DNA of 64,000 nucleotides, taken from assembly GCA_013166775.1 (NCBI GenBank), contig JABLTJ010000015.1, positions 1 to 64,000 on the forward strand, written 5' to 3'. This document shows, piece after piece, positions 10,662 to 20,114 of the stretch. Positions within the stretch are counted from its first letter, which is position 1, and each line of letters opens with the position of its first letter. The notes below the pieces were generated by a model, which worked only from the letters and a program-made list of their open reading frames with translations, was not told where the DNA came from and made no database searches. Made by a program: the position numbers and the translations under genes. Source of the DNA: Promethearchaeati archaeon (GTDB lineage: Archaea > Asgardarchaeota > Heimdallarchaeia > Heimdallarchaeales > Heimdallarchaeaceae).

Positions 10662-10973
10662 TTATTTCATTTCCATTATTTCTGCGACCTCAATTGTACC
10701 TATAACAAGGAATGGACATTCTATAGCAATTTCAAGAGCATCATCCATACTATCAGCTTTAATGATAGAGTATCCTGTCAAAAGATCTGACTCATGACTG
10801 TCTTTTACACTATCAGCACTTACTGTTTTTGAATTTCTTAGGGGATTACCAGGATTAACAACAGCATCTCCTAGATTACTTATCCAAGTTTGCCATTCTT
10901 CCTTATGTTTTGCTCCTTCCTCAGGATTTTCAAACTTCTTTCCACCGTGATAGGCGATTATAAAGTTAGGCAT
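10662..10973 (-). CDS. YciI-like protein
   Basis: W..W...LG..VVNPGNPL, LTGYSIIKADSMDDALEIA..CP...GTIEVAE. Start placed at ATG 10973. Confidence 0.75.
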   Translation of the reverse strand: MPNFIIAYHGGKKFENPEEGAKHKEEWQTWISNLGDAVVNPGNPLRNSKTVSADSVKDSHESDLLTGYSIIKADSMDDALEIAIECPFLVIGTIEVAEIMEMK

Positions 10974-11072
10974 AATTGTATGTTTGGAAATTAAATGATA
11001 AATATTCACTTCTATCAAAATTGGTTAATATAGTATTTAATGAGAAGTAGAAAAGATAAAAGAAAAAAAAGA

Positions 11073-12278
11073 TTAGAAGAAGGTGGGTTGTCCTTCATAT
11101 TGTATTTTAGGAGATTCCATTTTCATGGTCTCTTCGGGAGAAAGAATTTCTATTAATTCGTACTCGGATGTACCCATACCCATTTTTTCAGCGAAAACAA
11201 CGACTTCATATGGATCTTTGTAAGGACCATGGACTCGAGTAAAGGGATGAATATCCTCTTCAGGATTAAGATTAACGTGTTTAAGAAAGGGAGGAATATT
11301 TTTCTCTATCAGACCTTCCTTCTTAATGAGATCTAAGGTTGCCGTTTCAACAGCAACAATATCCTTACTTCCAACAACACCTATGTCATTAATTATAGGG
11401 GCCATACCTAGACCCATGCAATCACACCAAACTGTCATTTGTATCAAGAAATTCAAATACATGATCTTCTTTGGTTCAAAAGTTTCTAGTACTTTTTGTG
11501 TTGCAATAGCCATCATTTCAGAGAACGCAGTATAGCTTTCTCTCGGAAGCTTAATCACCCCTGCACCATGATCCATTTCCAGACATGTCATACATTGACG
11601 ACAATCGTGATAGTTTCTTCTGAGCTCATCTTTTTCTTCATCATAATTTAACGCGCCATATGGACATGCTTCAACAAATTTCTTTGCTAGTTCGGGTGTA
11701 CCTTTCTCTTTATCCCAATATTCATCTGCATGAGCTGCACCATGAATTTTTCTCCATCTAGATGGTCCTGAATAAGCTCCTAGTGCTAGATTCTTAATCG
11801 CCCCTCCATAACCGCATGATCCGTGTCCTTTTGCATGTGATAAGTCAATCAAAACATCAGCATCCTTAAGAGCTCCACCTAGATCAATGGATTCGATTCC
11901 CCTATAATTAACTTCAACTGATGTAACATAACCATCTTTTACACCTGCTACAGGTATTAAAGGACATCCACATGTTTCTTGAGTATACCCCCTGTTTACA
12001 GCGTTATAAACTGCAGTAGGATTATCTGTGATAAATGGATACCCTCCTTTCTTCTTTATAGCTTCTACTAATCTTCTAACGAAAAACACAGGTATAGTTT
12101 GATATCCATCATTAAAACCAAGATGCATTTTAATGGCAACTTTATCCTTCTCTTCTATAGAAATCTCCTCTAATAACAATTCTACAATCTTATCAAACTT
12201 TGCAGCAAAGGAAGCAAATCTAGATGCTTTTCCGTGCTGAACAGATCCGAAATAAACTTTAGCTTTATCAGAAGTCAT
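11073..12278 (-). CDS. DUF362 family Fe-S protein
   Basis: VAIKMHLG, SHAKGH...YGGAIKNL, ferredoxin-like CPYGA/CRQCMTC, CDC and DIVAVETA. Confidence 0.85.
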   Translation of the reverse strand: MTSDKAKVYFGSVQHGKASRFASFAAKFDKIVELLLEEISIEEKDKVAIKMHLGFNDGYQTIPVFFVRRLVEAIKKKGGYPFITDNPTAVYNAVNRGYTQETCGCPLIPVAGVKDGYVTSVEVNYRGIESIDLGGALKDADVLIDLSHAKGHGSCGYGGAIKNLALGAYSGPSRWRKIHGAAHADEYWDKEKGTPELAKKFVEACPYGALNYDEEKDELRRNYHDCRQCMTCLEMDHGAGVIKLPRESYTAFSEMMAIATQKVLETFEPKKIMYLNFLIQMTVWCDCMGLGMAPIINDIGVVGSKDIVAVETATLDLIKKEGLIEKNIPPFLKHVNLNPEEDIHPFTRVHGPYKDPYEVVVFAEKMGMGTSEYELIEILSPEETMKMESPKIQYEGQPTFF

Positions 12279-12372
12279 GATTTTGCATAAACTTCGTCTG
12301 ATTTTAAAGTATTTGGTTGGATTTTTTACTTAAATAACCATTATTTAATACAGAAATAAACCATGTATCATA

Positions 12373-13245
12373 ATGCAGAATGATTCTTGGATAAAAGGGA
12401 AGACATGTATAATTACTGGAGCAAATACAGGCATCGGTAAAGAAATAGCAAGACAGTTAGCTGATTTAGGTGCAAAAGTAATAATGGTTTGTCGAAATCA
12501 AGAGAGAGGGAAAAAAGCTCAAAAAGAAATTATTCAAACAACAAAAAACAGGAATATAGAACTTTCGATCTGTGATTTAGCATCATTGAAAGATGTAAAA
12601 CGCTTTGTTGAGGAATTTATTAAAAATCACTCTGAATTACATGTCTTGATTAACAATGCTGGTGTCTTTAGTATGAAAAGAACTGTAACTAAAGATGGAT
12701 ATGAGAGTGCTTTTGCAGTTAATTACTTGGCACACTTCTATTTAACTAGATTACTTCTCCCCTTGTTAAAGAAGAGTTTCCCTTCAAGAATAATTAACCT
12801 CTCATCCAATATTCATAGATTTTACAAGATTAAATTGAAGGATCCAATGCTTGAAAAGAGATATAATGGACAACAAGCTTACAGCAATTCTAAAGCAGCA
12901 ATGATTCTTTTTACATACAAACTTGCAAGAGAACTGGGTGAATCAGAAGTAACTGTCAACGCAGTGAATCCAGGTCACGTTGAAACACAAATGACTACAA
13001 TTGGTTTACCAAAATGGTTTACAAAGGTTCGAGATTTAGTAGTAGAGCATCAAACTCCCGAAGAAGGAGCAAGAAGCTCTGTATATGTAGCTTCCACAAA
13101 CAGTTTACGAAATATAACTGGAAAATATTTTAACAAAAGTGAAGAGAGAAAGTCCGGAAAATTTACCTATGACATAATTAAACAAAACTTTCTTTGGGAA
13201 TTAAGTGAGAAATTAATAGAAAGAGTTATTGGAAAAGAAAACTAA
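12373..13245 (+). CDS. SDR oxidoreductase, retinol dehydrogenase-like
   Basis: TGANTGIG, CDLASL, NNAG, YSNSK and VNPG. Confidence 0.92.
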   Translation: MQNDSWIKGKTCIITGANTGIGKEIARQLADLGAKVIMVCRNQERGKKAQKEIIQTTKNRNIELSICDLASLKDVKRFVEEFIKNHSELHVLINNAGVFSMKRTVTKDGYESAFAVNYLAHFYLTRLLLPLLKKSFPSRIINLSSNIHRFYKIKLKDPMLEKRYNGQQAYSNSKAAMILFTYKLARELGESEVTVNAVNPGHVETQMTTIGLPKWFTKVRDLVVEHQTPEEGARSSVYVASTNSLRNITGKYFNKSEERKSGKFTYDIIKQNFLWELSEKLIERVIGKEN

Positions 13246-13288
13246 TAAACGTTCATACAAGAAAAACAAAAATAACTAGGTTTTACAA

Positions 13289-14221
13289 ATGCCCAAACCT
13301 TACAGTGTGATTACTGAAGAGATCAAAAATGCTTTGAAAGGAAAAGTGGGAGAAGAAAGAGCTAGAGAAATCAAGCGTTTGCTAAAGGAAATACACTGGG
13401 ATGTTGGAGATTACAAGAGATTAAAAGACAAATTAAGAAGAGAATTAGCTGAAATTGAGAAGGTAGAGCAAGCTAGAAAAGCTTCTCGAAGTCGCACAAA
13501 AACGAAAAAATCTACACCTCAATTTTGTGTAATTGGAGCAGTTAATAGTGGAAAGAGTACCTTAATTAATGATCTAGCAGGTACAAAAATCGCTGTAGAA
13601 CTATATCCATTTACCACAACTGAACCACAATATGGAGCACTAGAATATGACTCGATTAGTTTTCAGCTTGTTGAAATTCCTGCAATTTATGATGGTTGTT
13701 GGAACGGTGATAAGTCAACCCTTGGTATGATTTACTCAACTGATTGCCTTATAATTATAGGCCGTACTCTTGAAGATTTTGAACTAGTTTTGAAAGAATT
13801 GGCTGACCAGAATATAGATCTAATAGGTGAAAGAATTCCTGATGGTTTTACTCAAACAATACCAAGAAAGATTCCAGCTTTCATAGTTTTTGATAAAAAC
13901 ACTGAAATTTTGCCTTCATCTCATCTGAGGAAGATTGCAACAGATAATCTAGAGGAAATTAAACAAAATATGATTAAGCTTGTAAGACCTGTAAGAATTT
14001 ACACCATGAATACTTTTAATGAGATAGAAGAACAACCCATAGTTTTCTACAAAGATCAAGTTACAGTAAAAGAAGCTATTCAGAAAGTATACAGAGGAAA
14101 AGAAGAGTTATTCAAGGATGCTGTTATATTAGAAGGCGGTCCAAATGGAAGAAGAAAAAGAGTAGGAATAGCTTACGAACTTTCTGACAAGGATGTTATA
14201 CATCTAACTTTTCATAAATAA
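13289..14221 (+). CDS. Divergent OBG/DRG-family GTPase with C-terminal TGS domain
   Basis: G1 GAVNSGKS, G2 YPFTT, G3 altered to EIPA, TGS-like end KRVGIAYELSDKDVI. Confidence 0.8.
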   Translation: MPKPYSVITEEIKNALKGKVGEERAREIKRLLKEIHWDVGDYKRLKDKLRRELAEIEKVEQARKASRSRTKTKKSTPQFCVIGAVNSGKSTLINDLAGTKIAVELYPFTTTEPQYGALEYDSISFQLVEIPAIYDGCWNGDKSTLGMIYSTDCLIIIGRTLEDFELVLKELADQNIDLIGERIPDGFTQTIPRKIPAFIVFDKNTEILPSSHLRKIATDNLEEIKQNMIKLVRPVRIYTMNTFNEIEEQPIVFYKDQVTVKEAIQKVYRGKEELFKDAVILEGGPNGRRKRVGIAYELSDKDVIHLTFHK

Positions 14222-14240
14222 AAATAATAAAGGAGTAAAA

Positions 14241-14798
14241 TTACTCAAGATTAGAACCACAACTTTCACAGAACTTCGATCCTGCTGGTGGTTTGTGTCC
14301 ACAGTAGTGGCAGTATTTTATTTCTCCTGCTGGGAAGATGACTTCAGCCTGCTTCTTAGACATTGGTTCAGTAAATTGAGCTGCTTGCTCATACTTGATT
14401 TCTTCTCCAAAGATGATTTCTCCTGAAGTACTATCATAACTGTATTGAAGACCTCTATTAGTGCGAAGGTCAACAAGAATACGAAGCATATTTTTTGGTT
14501 TGTACCCAACTTCTTGAGCAAGGTCCTCGACTTTTACTCTTCCTTTGCGGTTTAAACCAGCAGCATAAACTGAATCTCTCATTTTTTTATCCCAATAAAG
14601 GCTACTAAAGCCCCCTATGAAACTAAAGAAGGCAGGGATGAATAACCAATATCCCCAATAAGCTAAACCTATGAAGTCAATATTGTAAGCTCGGAAAATT
14701 AGTGCTAAAACACCTACTATTGTGAAAGCTATTGCTGCTCCGAAGGCAGAAAAATCTCCCTTATAATCTTTTTTCTGATAATATCTATCTCGAGACAT
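14241..14798 (-). CDS. Membrane protein with wHTH-like segment and C-terminal zinc ribbon
   Basis: Two TM segments, GRVKVEDLAQEVG helix-turn-helix-like segment, CHYCG...CESCG. Confidence 0.8.
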   Translation of the reverse strand: MSRDRYYQKKDYKGDFSAFGAAIAFTIVGVLALIFRAYNIDFIGLAYWGYWLFIPAFFSFIGGFSSLYWDKKMRDSVYAAGLNRKGRVKVEDLAQEVGYKPKNMLRILVDLRTNRGLQYSYDSTSGEIIFGEEIKYEQAAQFTEPMSKKQAEVIFPAGEIKYCHYCGHKPPAGSKFCESCGSNLE

Positions 14799-14924
14799 TG
14801 AATAACCTCAAATAAGTGCGTTCATGGGCTTTTTTAAACTTAAGCATTCAATGTGAAACAAAGAAGAGGAAACGCAACAAAAAACTTTTAATGCAAAGAA
14901 GAACAAAAAGGATAGAACAAAGAT

Positions 14925-15033
14925 GCCCAGATAGCTTAGCAGGGAGAGCGCTGGACTGAAGATCCAGTTGTCGCGAGTTCAAGTCTTGTTTCAGATGCGC
15001 TCTGAAACAGTGAAAATCTCGCTCTGGGCTCCA
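14925..15033 (+). tRNA. tRNA-Phe(GAA) with a 33-nt intron (14984-15016) at position 59/60
   Basis: Acceptor stem gcccaga/tctgggc, anticodon arm ctgga-ctGAAga-tccag, T stem gcgag/ctcgc, BHB (ttca/tgaa helix with agt and aat bulges), encoded CCA. Confidence 0.93.
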
Positions 15034-15540
15034 TTTTCTAAATTAATTTTGACATCCTCCCTTCTTACTCATTTAGTACTGTTATTTATTATTATATCAC
15101 TAACATGTAAAAAGGGAAACCACACAAGTATGACAAAAAATAATTCGTATATATTTATACTTAAAACAAGCTATTACTGAAATGGAAAGCGGAGCCAGTC
15201 TACCTCAAAATCAATCACAATCGGTGAAGATGCAAATGAAAGGAGTATCGACTAGCTCCAACAAATGGTGAGATTACTGATATAAAAGTTTTCTAGTCAA
15301 ACAAGCGAGGAAGGATTCTTTCAGTAGTTTTCTTAGATACTTTCACCACTTTGGCACTTCTCTCCCTTTGAATTTATATGCTATTTTCTATCTAAGTATA
15401 TTGCCTTAAAATGGCAATACACAATCGGTGAAAAACATGCGAAAAAAAAGCAATAAAGTACTGATTATACTGCAAGGAAGGCAACGTGCTTATCCAATTA
15501 ATGCAGTAAAGGCAAAACTGAATAAAGGAGGGTGCGAAGA

Positions 15541-17037
15541 ATGAGAAAAGCTTCAGCACTACTCTTTGTAGCAATAGTAACATTAGGAATGATGTTAGGA
15601 TTCTCTACCTACACAGCGAAAGCAACTTCACCAGGTACTGTTACAATTAATGAACCTACAGGCTCTGAAGAAGTCTTATTCTATGAGAAAATAACTGTGA
15701 ATTTTGATGTAGATTCTAATCCAGGTTGGATCTATCATGATTCTAAAATTTCCTTTGGTGGAGTACAAATTGATTATGTTACAGGTGGGGAAGGCTCATC
15801 ATTTGAAGAAGACTACTTTCCAGAAACATATGTAGGAGTACAAACTGTTACAGTCAAAGCTTATTTCGTAAACTATTTCTTAGAAGAAGATACTGCTTCT
15901 GATAGTGCACAGTTCACTATTAACATTTGTAGCAATAACACAGACCTTACAGATTTAAGAATCGATAAACTTCATAAGGCTGAAAGTGGAAAAAAAGCCT
16001 TGTATGGTAACGGAGTAACTATTTGTATTGTTGATGATTTCCTTGGATGTAAAACCATTGCGAATGAATCTTTCCACATGTCTTTATTTAGAACTTGTAA
16101 AAATGAAATCAATGGTAATGAAAATAGACAATATGTAGACATAGAATACTATGAATGGAATAGTGAAACTGATGAATTTGAAGAACAGTGGGAACCAGGT
16201 GTAGATACAAGACAAGAGAAATGGCAAGAGCTATATGATGAAGGAGCAGGAAATTATGATTCCATTGATGATGTTCATGGAACATATTGTTTAGCGACAT
16301 TGAGAAAAATAGCACCTGCAGCGAAGATTATATTCATAGCTACTGAAGATGATCGAGATGTAGCAAGAGAATCTGTATATTGGTTATATGATAATTATTT
16401 CGACTTAGAATTTGATATTCTAAGTTTGTCAATTGAAGGTTTCGAAGTTTGGAATAGCGACATAGAAAACTTAGCTGTATTCGATGTCACTGTAATAGCT
16501 GCGGCTGGTAACGATGGTAACATAATGACTCCTTTGGACTATAGAACATTCCCATGTACTTATGAGTATGCAATAGGTGTTACTGGAGTAGTAGATAGTT
16601 CTCATGGTTCGTCATCAGATCGGTGGAAAATTGAAAATGGAGTAAACTCTGGCTATGGAGTTGAAATAGCAGCTATTTCTAGTGCAGCGGAACTTGACTG
16701 GGCTCCAGTGCCAACTTTCAATTACTTTATTGGAACTAGCAATGCCTGTCCTATGGTAGCAGGAATCATAGCATTAGTTGAACAATATCAGAAGACCTAT
16801 AAAGGAAACACAAACCTAAATGTTACTATAATTCAAAAACTGTTTCGAAAAACTGGTGATGCCCTAGAATTCCCTCCAAGCCATTGGGGAGATGAAATGG
16901 GTGGAACCATGGAGTGGTATAAAGATATACACCCGCAATTTCCTTATGCGACGCTTGCAGATTATGAAGAATATAATTTTGGTTGGGGAATAATAGACGG
17001 TTATGAGATGTATAAGTATTTCAGGGAAAACTACTAA
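15541..17037 (+). CDS. Secreted S8 (subtilisin-like) serine peptidase
   Basis: Signal peptide. Catalytic triad in ICIVDD, HGT and GTSNACP. Oxyanion Asn in AAAGND. Confidence 0.88.
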   Translation: MRKASALLFVAIVTLGMMLGFSTYTAKATSPGTVTINEPTGSEEVLFYEKITVNFDVDSNPGWIYHDSKISFGGVQIDYVTGGEGSSFEEDYFPETYVGVQTVTVKAYFVNYFLEEDTASDSAQFTINICSNNTDLTDLRIDKLHKAESGKKALYGNGVTICIVDDFLGCKTIANESFHMSLFRTCKNEINGNENRQYVDIEYYEWNSETDEFEEQWEPGVDTRQEKWQELYDEGAGNYDSIDDVHGTYCLATLRKIAPAAKIIFIATEDDRDVARESVYWLYDNYFDLEFDILSLSIEGFEVWNSDIENLAVFDVTVIAAAGNDGNIMTPLDYRTFPCTYEYAIGVTGVVDSSHGSSSDRWKIENGVNSGYGVEIAAISSAAELDWAPVPTFNYFIGTSNACPMVAGIIALVEQYQKTYKGNTNLNVTIIQKLFRKTGDALEFPPSHWGDEMGGTMEWYKDIHPQFPYATLADYEEYNFGWGIIDGYEMYKYFRENY

Positions 17038-17245
17038 TACGTCCTCTCTATCTCTCCCTTCCTTTTTTTTATTCTCTTTTACTTAAGTTGGTGAATAGCT
17101 ATTCGATTTTCAACGTATAATTCCAGTTTCTGATGACTTTAGCTTAATTTTGTAACACTAAAGAACAGATTCCAGAGAAATAACCTCTGCAAAGAAGAAT
17201 ATTATCAAGTTACCAAGAAACATAATCTTGTTTTATAGAAGCAGA

Positions 17246-17826
17246 TTAATCAGGACTGTCTTTATTTGTAGATCTTATTTTAGTAGCTAGTGATGTTCCA
17301 ATGATAGATATCAGTCCAATAATAATGAAAATCCAAAAATAGTTAGAGATAAATGAACCAGTCCTAAGAGTTAGAAAACTGACCCAGTCAGTGGTCATCA
17401 CTATATTAGATAAAGGATCTGTTTTATCAACAAAAAAAAGAGTTTAAGTTCGAGTCTAACTTTTCCCCAGGTACTGTTATAACGGACTATTGTAGATTCT
17501 TTCCGTATTAGATTTTGTTCCAGATTAGCAAAACCTATTGTTTTCTTTATATGAACTTTAGAACTAGTATCTATCAGTCTAATTCTCATTCCTACTTCAA
17601 AAAGCTTAACTACATCAGCAGGTTGTTTTGAAAGTTCAATTGAGAGATTAAGTAAGAAATCTGAAGAGATAAAACTTGAATTAACTGCACACTTAATTGT
17701 AATTTCCATCCCATTTTTATCTTGCACAGTTCTGCTTTTCTCTGCTGCTTGCGTTGGGTAAGAACTTAAAATCAGTATAAAAGCTAATAGTATAAGAAAA
17801 CACTTTTTGTTTGAAATAGTTTTCAT
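17246..17826 (-). pseudogene. Exported, membrane-anchored protein gene frameshifted at an 8-nt homopolymer (17432-17439)
   Basis: The signal-peptide ORF stops at 17401. After the T8 run an alternative frame reads VDKTDPLSN...YFWIFIIIGLISIIGTSLATKIRSTNKDSPD* to 17246. Confidence 0.7.
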
Positions 17827-17844
17827 CGAAGTCCCTCGACTGTT

Positions 17845-18525
17845 TTAATGATTATAATGATCAACTTTCTTTTTCTTTAAGTTACAACTTTTTATTACAA
17901 GTGATACTAGGAAGAATGTGGTTATTAAAGAAGTGAGAAGATAGTTAACCTCTAATGTAATTTTTGGAGAAACAATTCTAGATGTATTATTCCAATCGAA
18001 GTAATAGGTTACACTTGTCTCAGTAACATCAATATACATCTTTTCCGTGATTACAGGAACAGGAGATAAACTGCAATTGGTGTAATCAAACCACATCTTG
18101 TAGTTGCCTATTGGAAGACTATCGTTTACATAATTGTCTATTTCGAAATAGAACTTGTAGGTTTCATTCTTGATACCTGATTGAACTGCATATTCACCTG
18201 CAACCCATTCAATATAAATAGATTGAAACACTTTCAAGCTTTTATCCCTTAGATTTGTTCTTAGATAAGGAAAGGGAAAAGGGGCGCAAACAAAAGGAAC
18301 TATAATGGGTGATGAACTCGGATTCTCAATCTGAATATCCATAGTTACTGTAAAACCTGTAAGATTCTCATCCTCATGCATATTTGCTCTTATAGGATAA
18401 TCAGCATCCATGATTCTAACGATGAGATACTCATCCTCTGCTGTACTCCTAATTGGAGCAAGTACAATTAAGGACACAATAGCAAGAAGAATTACTTTTC
18501 TTTTTAGACATTGAAGCATTCGCAT
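17845..18525 (-). CDS. Exported beta-rich protein with C-terminal TM anchor and basic tail
   Basis: Signal peptide. C-terminal LLTSLITTFFLVSLVI followed by KKKK. Confidence 0.8.
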   Translation of the reverse strand: MRMLQCLKRKVILLAIVSLIVLAPIRSTAEDEYLIVRIMDADYPIRANMHEDENLTGFTVTMDIQIENPSSSPIIVPFVCAPFPFPYLRTNLRDKSLKVFQSIYIEWVAGEYAVQSGIKNETYKFYFEIDNYVNDSLPIGNYKMWFDYTNCSLSPVPVITEKMYIDVTETSVTYYFDWNNTSRIVSPKITLEVNYLLTSLITTFFLVSLVIKSCNLKKKKVDHYNH

Positions 18526-18560
18526 ATAAGCAACATACCTTTCATTTTTGTAATTATAAA

Positions 18561-19027
18561 TTTTCTTCCAATTCGTATTATCTGATTTTTATTACTGTAA
18601 TTACTATAAAAAGGGAGAGGAAAAACAATACTATTCAGATTCAAACTATATCAGGAATGTAAATACCGCATTTAACGAGATTGAATTAGAAAAGATTCTT
18701 TTTTACCAATTTCTAGAAGAGTTTGAAAGAATAAAGGCAATGAATAAAGAAAAATTCGATTATATGTGGCCTTACTCTGAACCTTTAACAAACAAATCCT
18801 TCTTCAAATACTATTCGTTTGGCATCATTAATAAAACAACATGGTATAACTCGAAATCCAGAATTGTTTATGAAGTTTTATCAACAGATTATATAAATTA
18901 TCTATCTAAAATCTGTGAAAGATTAATATTGATGTATTTATGGTCAGAAGAATTTCCTTGGATTAAACCTATTAAGAATCTGATTGTTGAAATGAATAGT
19001 ATTATAGAGAAATTTCAAAGAAATTGA
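18561..19027 (+). pseudogene. Probable 5'-truncated gene remnant (hypothetical)
   Basis: The frame is open from 18561 but has no start codon until 18740. It lies at the edge of the islet. Confidence 0.45.
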
Positions 19028-19115
19028 GAAAAAACACAATTAAAAGTGGGCTCCATATCTTTTCTTTCTTTTCTTTTTCAGCAAATTGTTTGTTAAAAAG
19101 TTTTAAAGACACAGA

Positions 19116-20114
19116 ATGGTTTGTTGTAGTATGGATTACACAAGATTAGGACGTACTGGAATAAAAATATCAAAAATTGTTTTAGGTACAATGCAGATGG
19201 GATGGAGAGTCGAGGAAGAGGAATCCTTCAAAGTAATGGATAAAGCTATTGAACTTGGAATCAATTGTTTTGATACCGCTGATGTTTATACTTATTGGGC
19301 TGATAACAGTTATCCTGGAAAAACAGAAGAAATAATTGGTCGTTGGATAAAAGATAGAGAAACAAGGGACGATTTAATTCTAGCAACTAAACTTCGCGGA
19401 GCTATGAGTGAGGATATAAATGACAGAGGGTTGTCTCGCAGACATGTGCATCAAGCAATTCAAAACTCTCTGAAACGATTACAAACTAGTTGGATAGATC
19501 TGTACCAAATACATAGTTTCGACAGTGATACTCCTATTGAAGAGACACTTCATGCATTAAATCTCTTAGTGGATAAGGGATTAGTAAACTATATTGGTGC
19601 ATCTAATATCCATCCTTGGATGCTAGTAGAATCATTCTGGATAAGTAAATTGAATGGATATGTTCGTTTTGAAACTGTTCAACCCCCTTATAGTATTATT
19701 AGGAGAATGCTAGTCGAACACCAAATGGAACACGTAATCAAGAAATATGGTCTTGGAGTTATTCCCTATAGTCCCTTAGCTGGAGGTTTCTTAACAGATA
19801 GATATTCTTCTGAGGGTCCTCTTCCAGATACACCTAGAAGTGTAGGAGCACAAAAGAGATACTTTACTGAAAAGAGATGGAAAATACATGAAACTGTAAA
19901 GGAAATAGCTCAGAGCAAAGATGTAAAAATGACTCAGATTGCAATTGCTTGGATTTTAACAAAGGAGTTCATAACTGCTCCAATTATTGGTGCTAATTCT
20001 GTCGAGCAATTGGAAGAAAATTTTGTTTCTATAGATATAAAACTAGATGAGGATGAAATAAAAAGATTAGATGAAGTTTCCAACTGGGTTGATGATTACG
20101 AAGCAATCAGGTAA
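19116..20114 (+). CDS. Aldo/keto reductase
   Basis: LGTM, FDTADVY, ATK, IDLYQIH, PYSPLAGGFL and APIIGA. Confidence 0.95.
   Translation: MVCCSMDYTRLGRTGIKISKIVLGTMQMGWRVEEEESFKVMDKAIELGINCFDTADVYTYWADNSYPGKTEEIIGRWIKDRETRDDLILATKLRGAMSEDINDRGLSRRHVHQAIQNSLKRLQTSWIDLYQIHSFDSDTPIEETLHALNLLVDKGLVNYIGASNIHPWMLVESFWISKLNGYVRFETVQPPYSIIRRMLVEHQMEHVIKKYGLGVIPYSPLAGGFLTDRYSSEGPLPDTPRSVGAQKRYFTEKRWKIHETVKEIAQSKDVKMTQIAIAWILTKEFITAPIIGANSVEQLEENFVSIDIKLDEDEIKRLDEVSNWVDDYEAIR

Larger units (their letters stand above)
15025..19056. mobile_element. Putative islet integrated at the tRNA-Phe 3' end, no integrase visible
   Basis: Direct repeat tgggctccat at 15025-15034 and 19047-19056. The second copy is followed by a T-rich terminator-like tract. 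Cargo is accessory exported proteins and gene fragments. Confidence 0.6.

Noticed and set aside
14968-15180. 70-aa ORF
   Set aside because: It overlaps the intron-containing tRNA-Phe.
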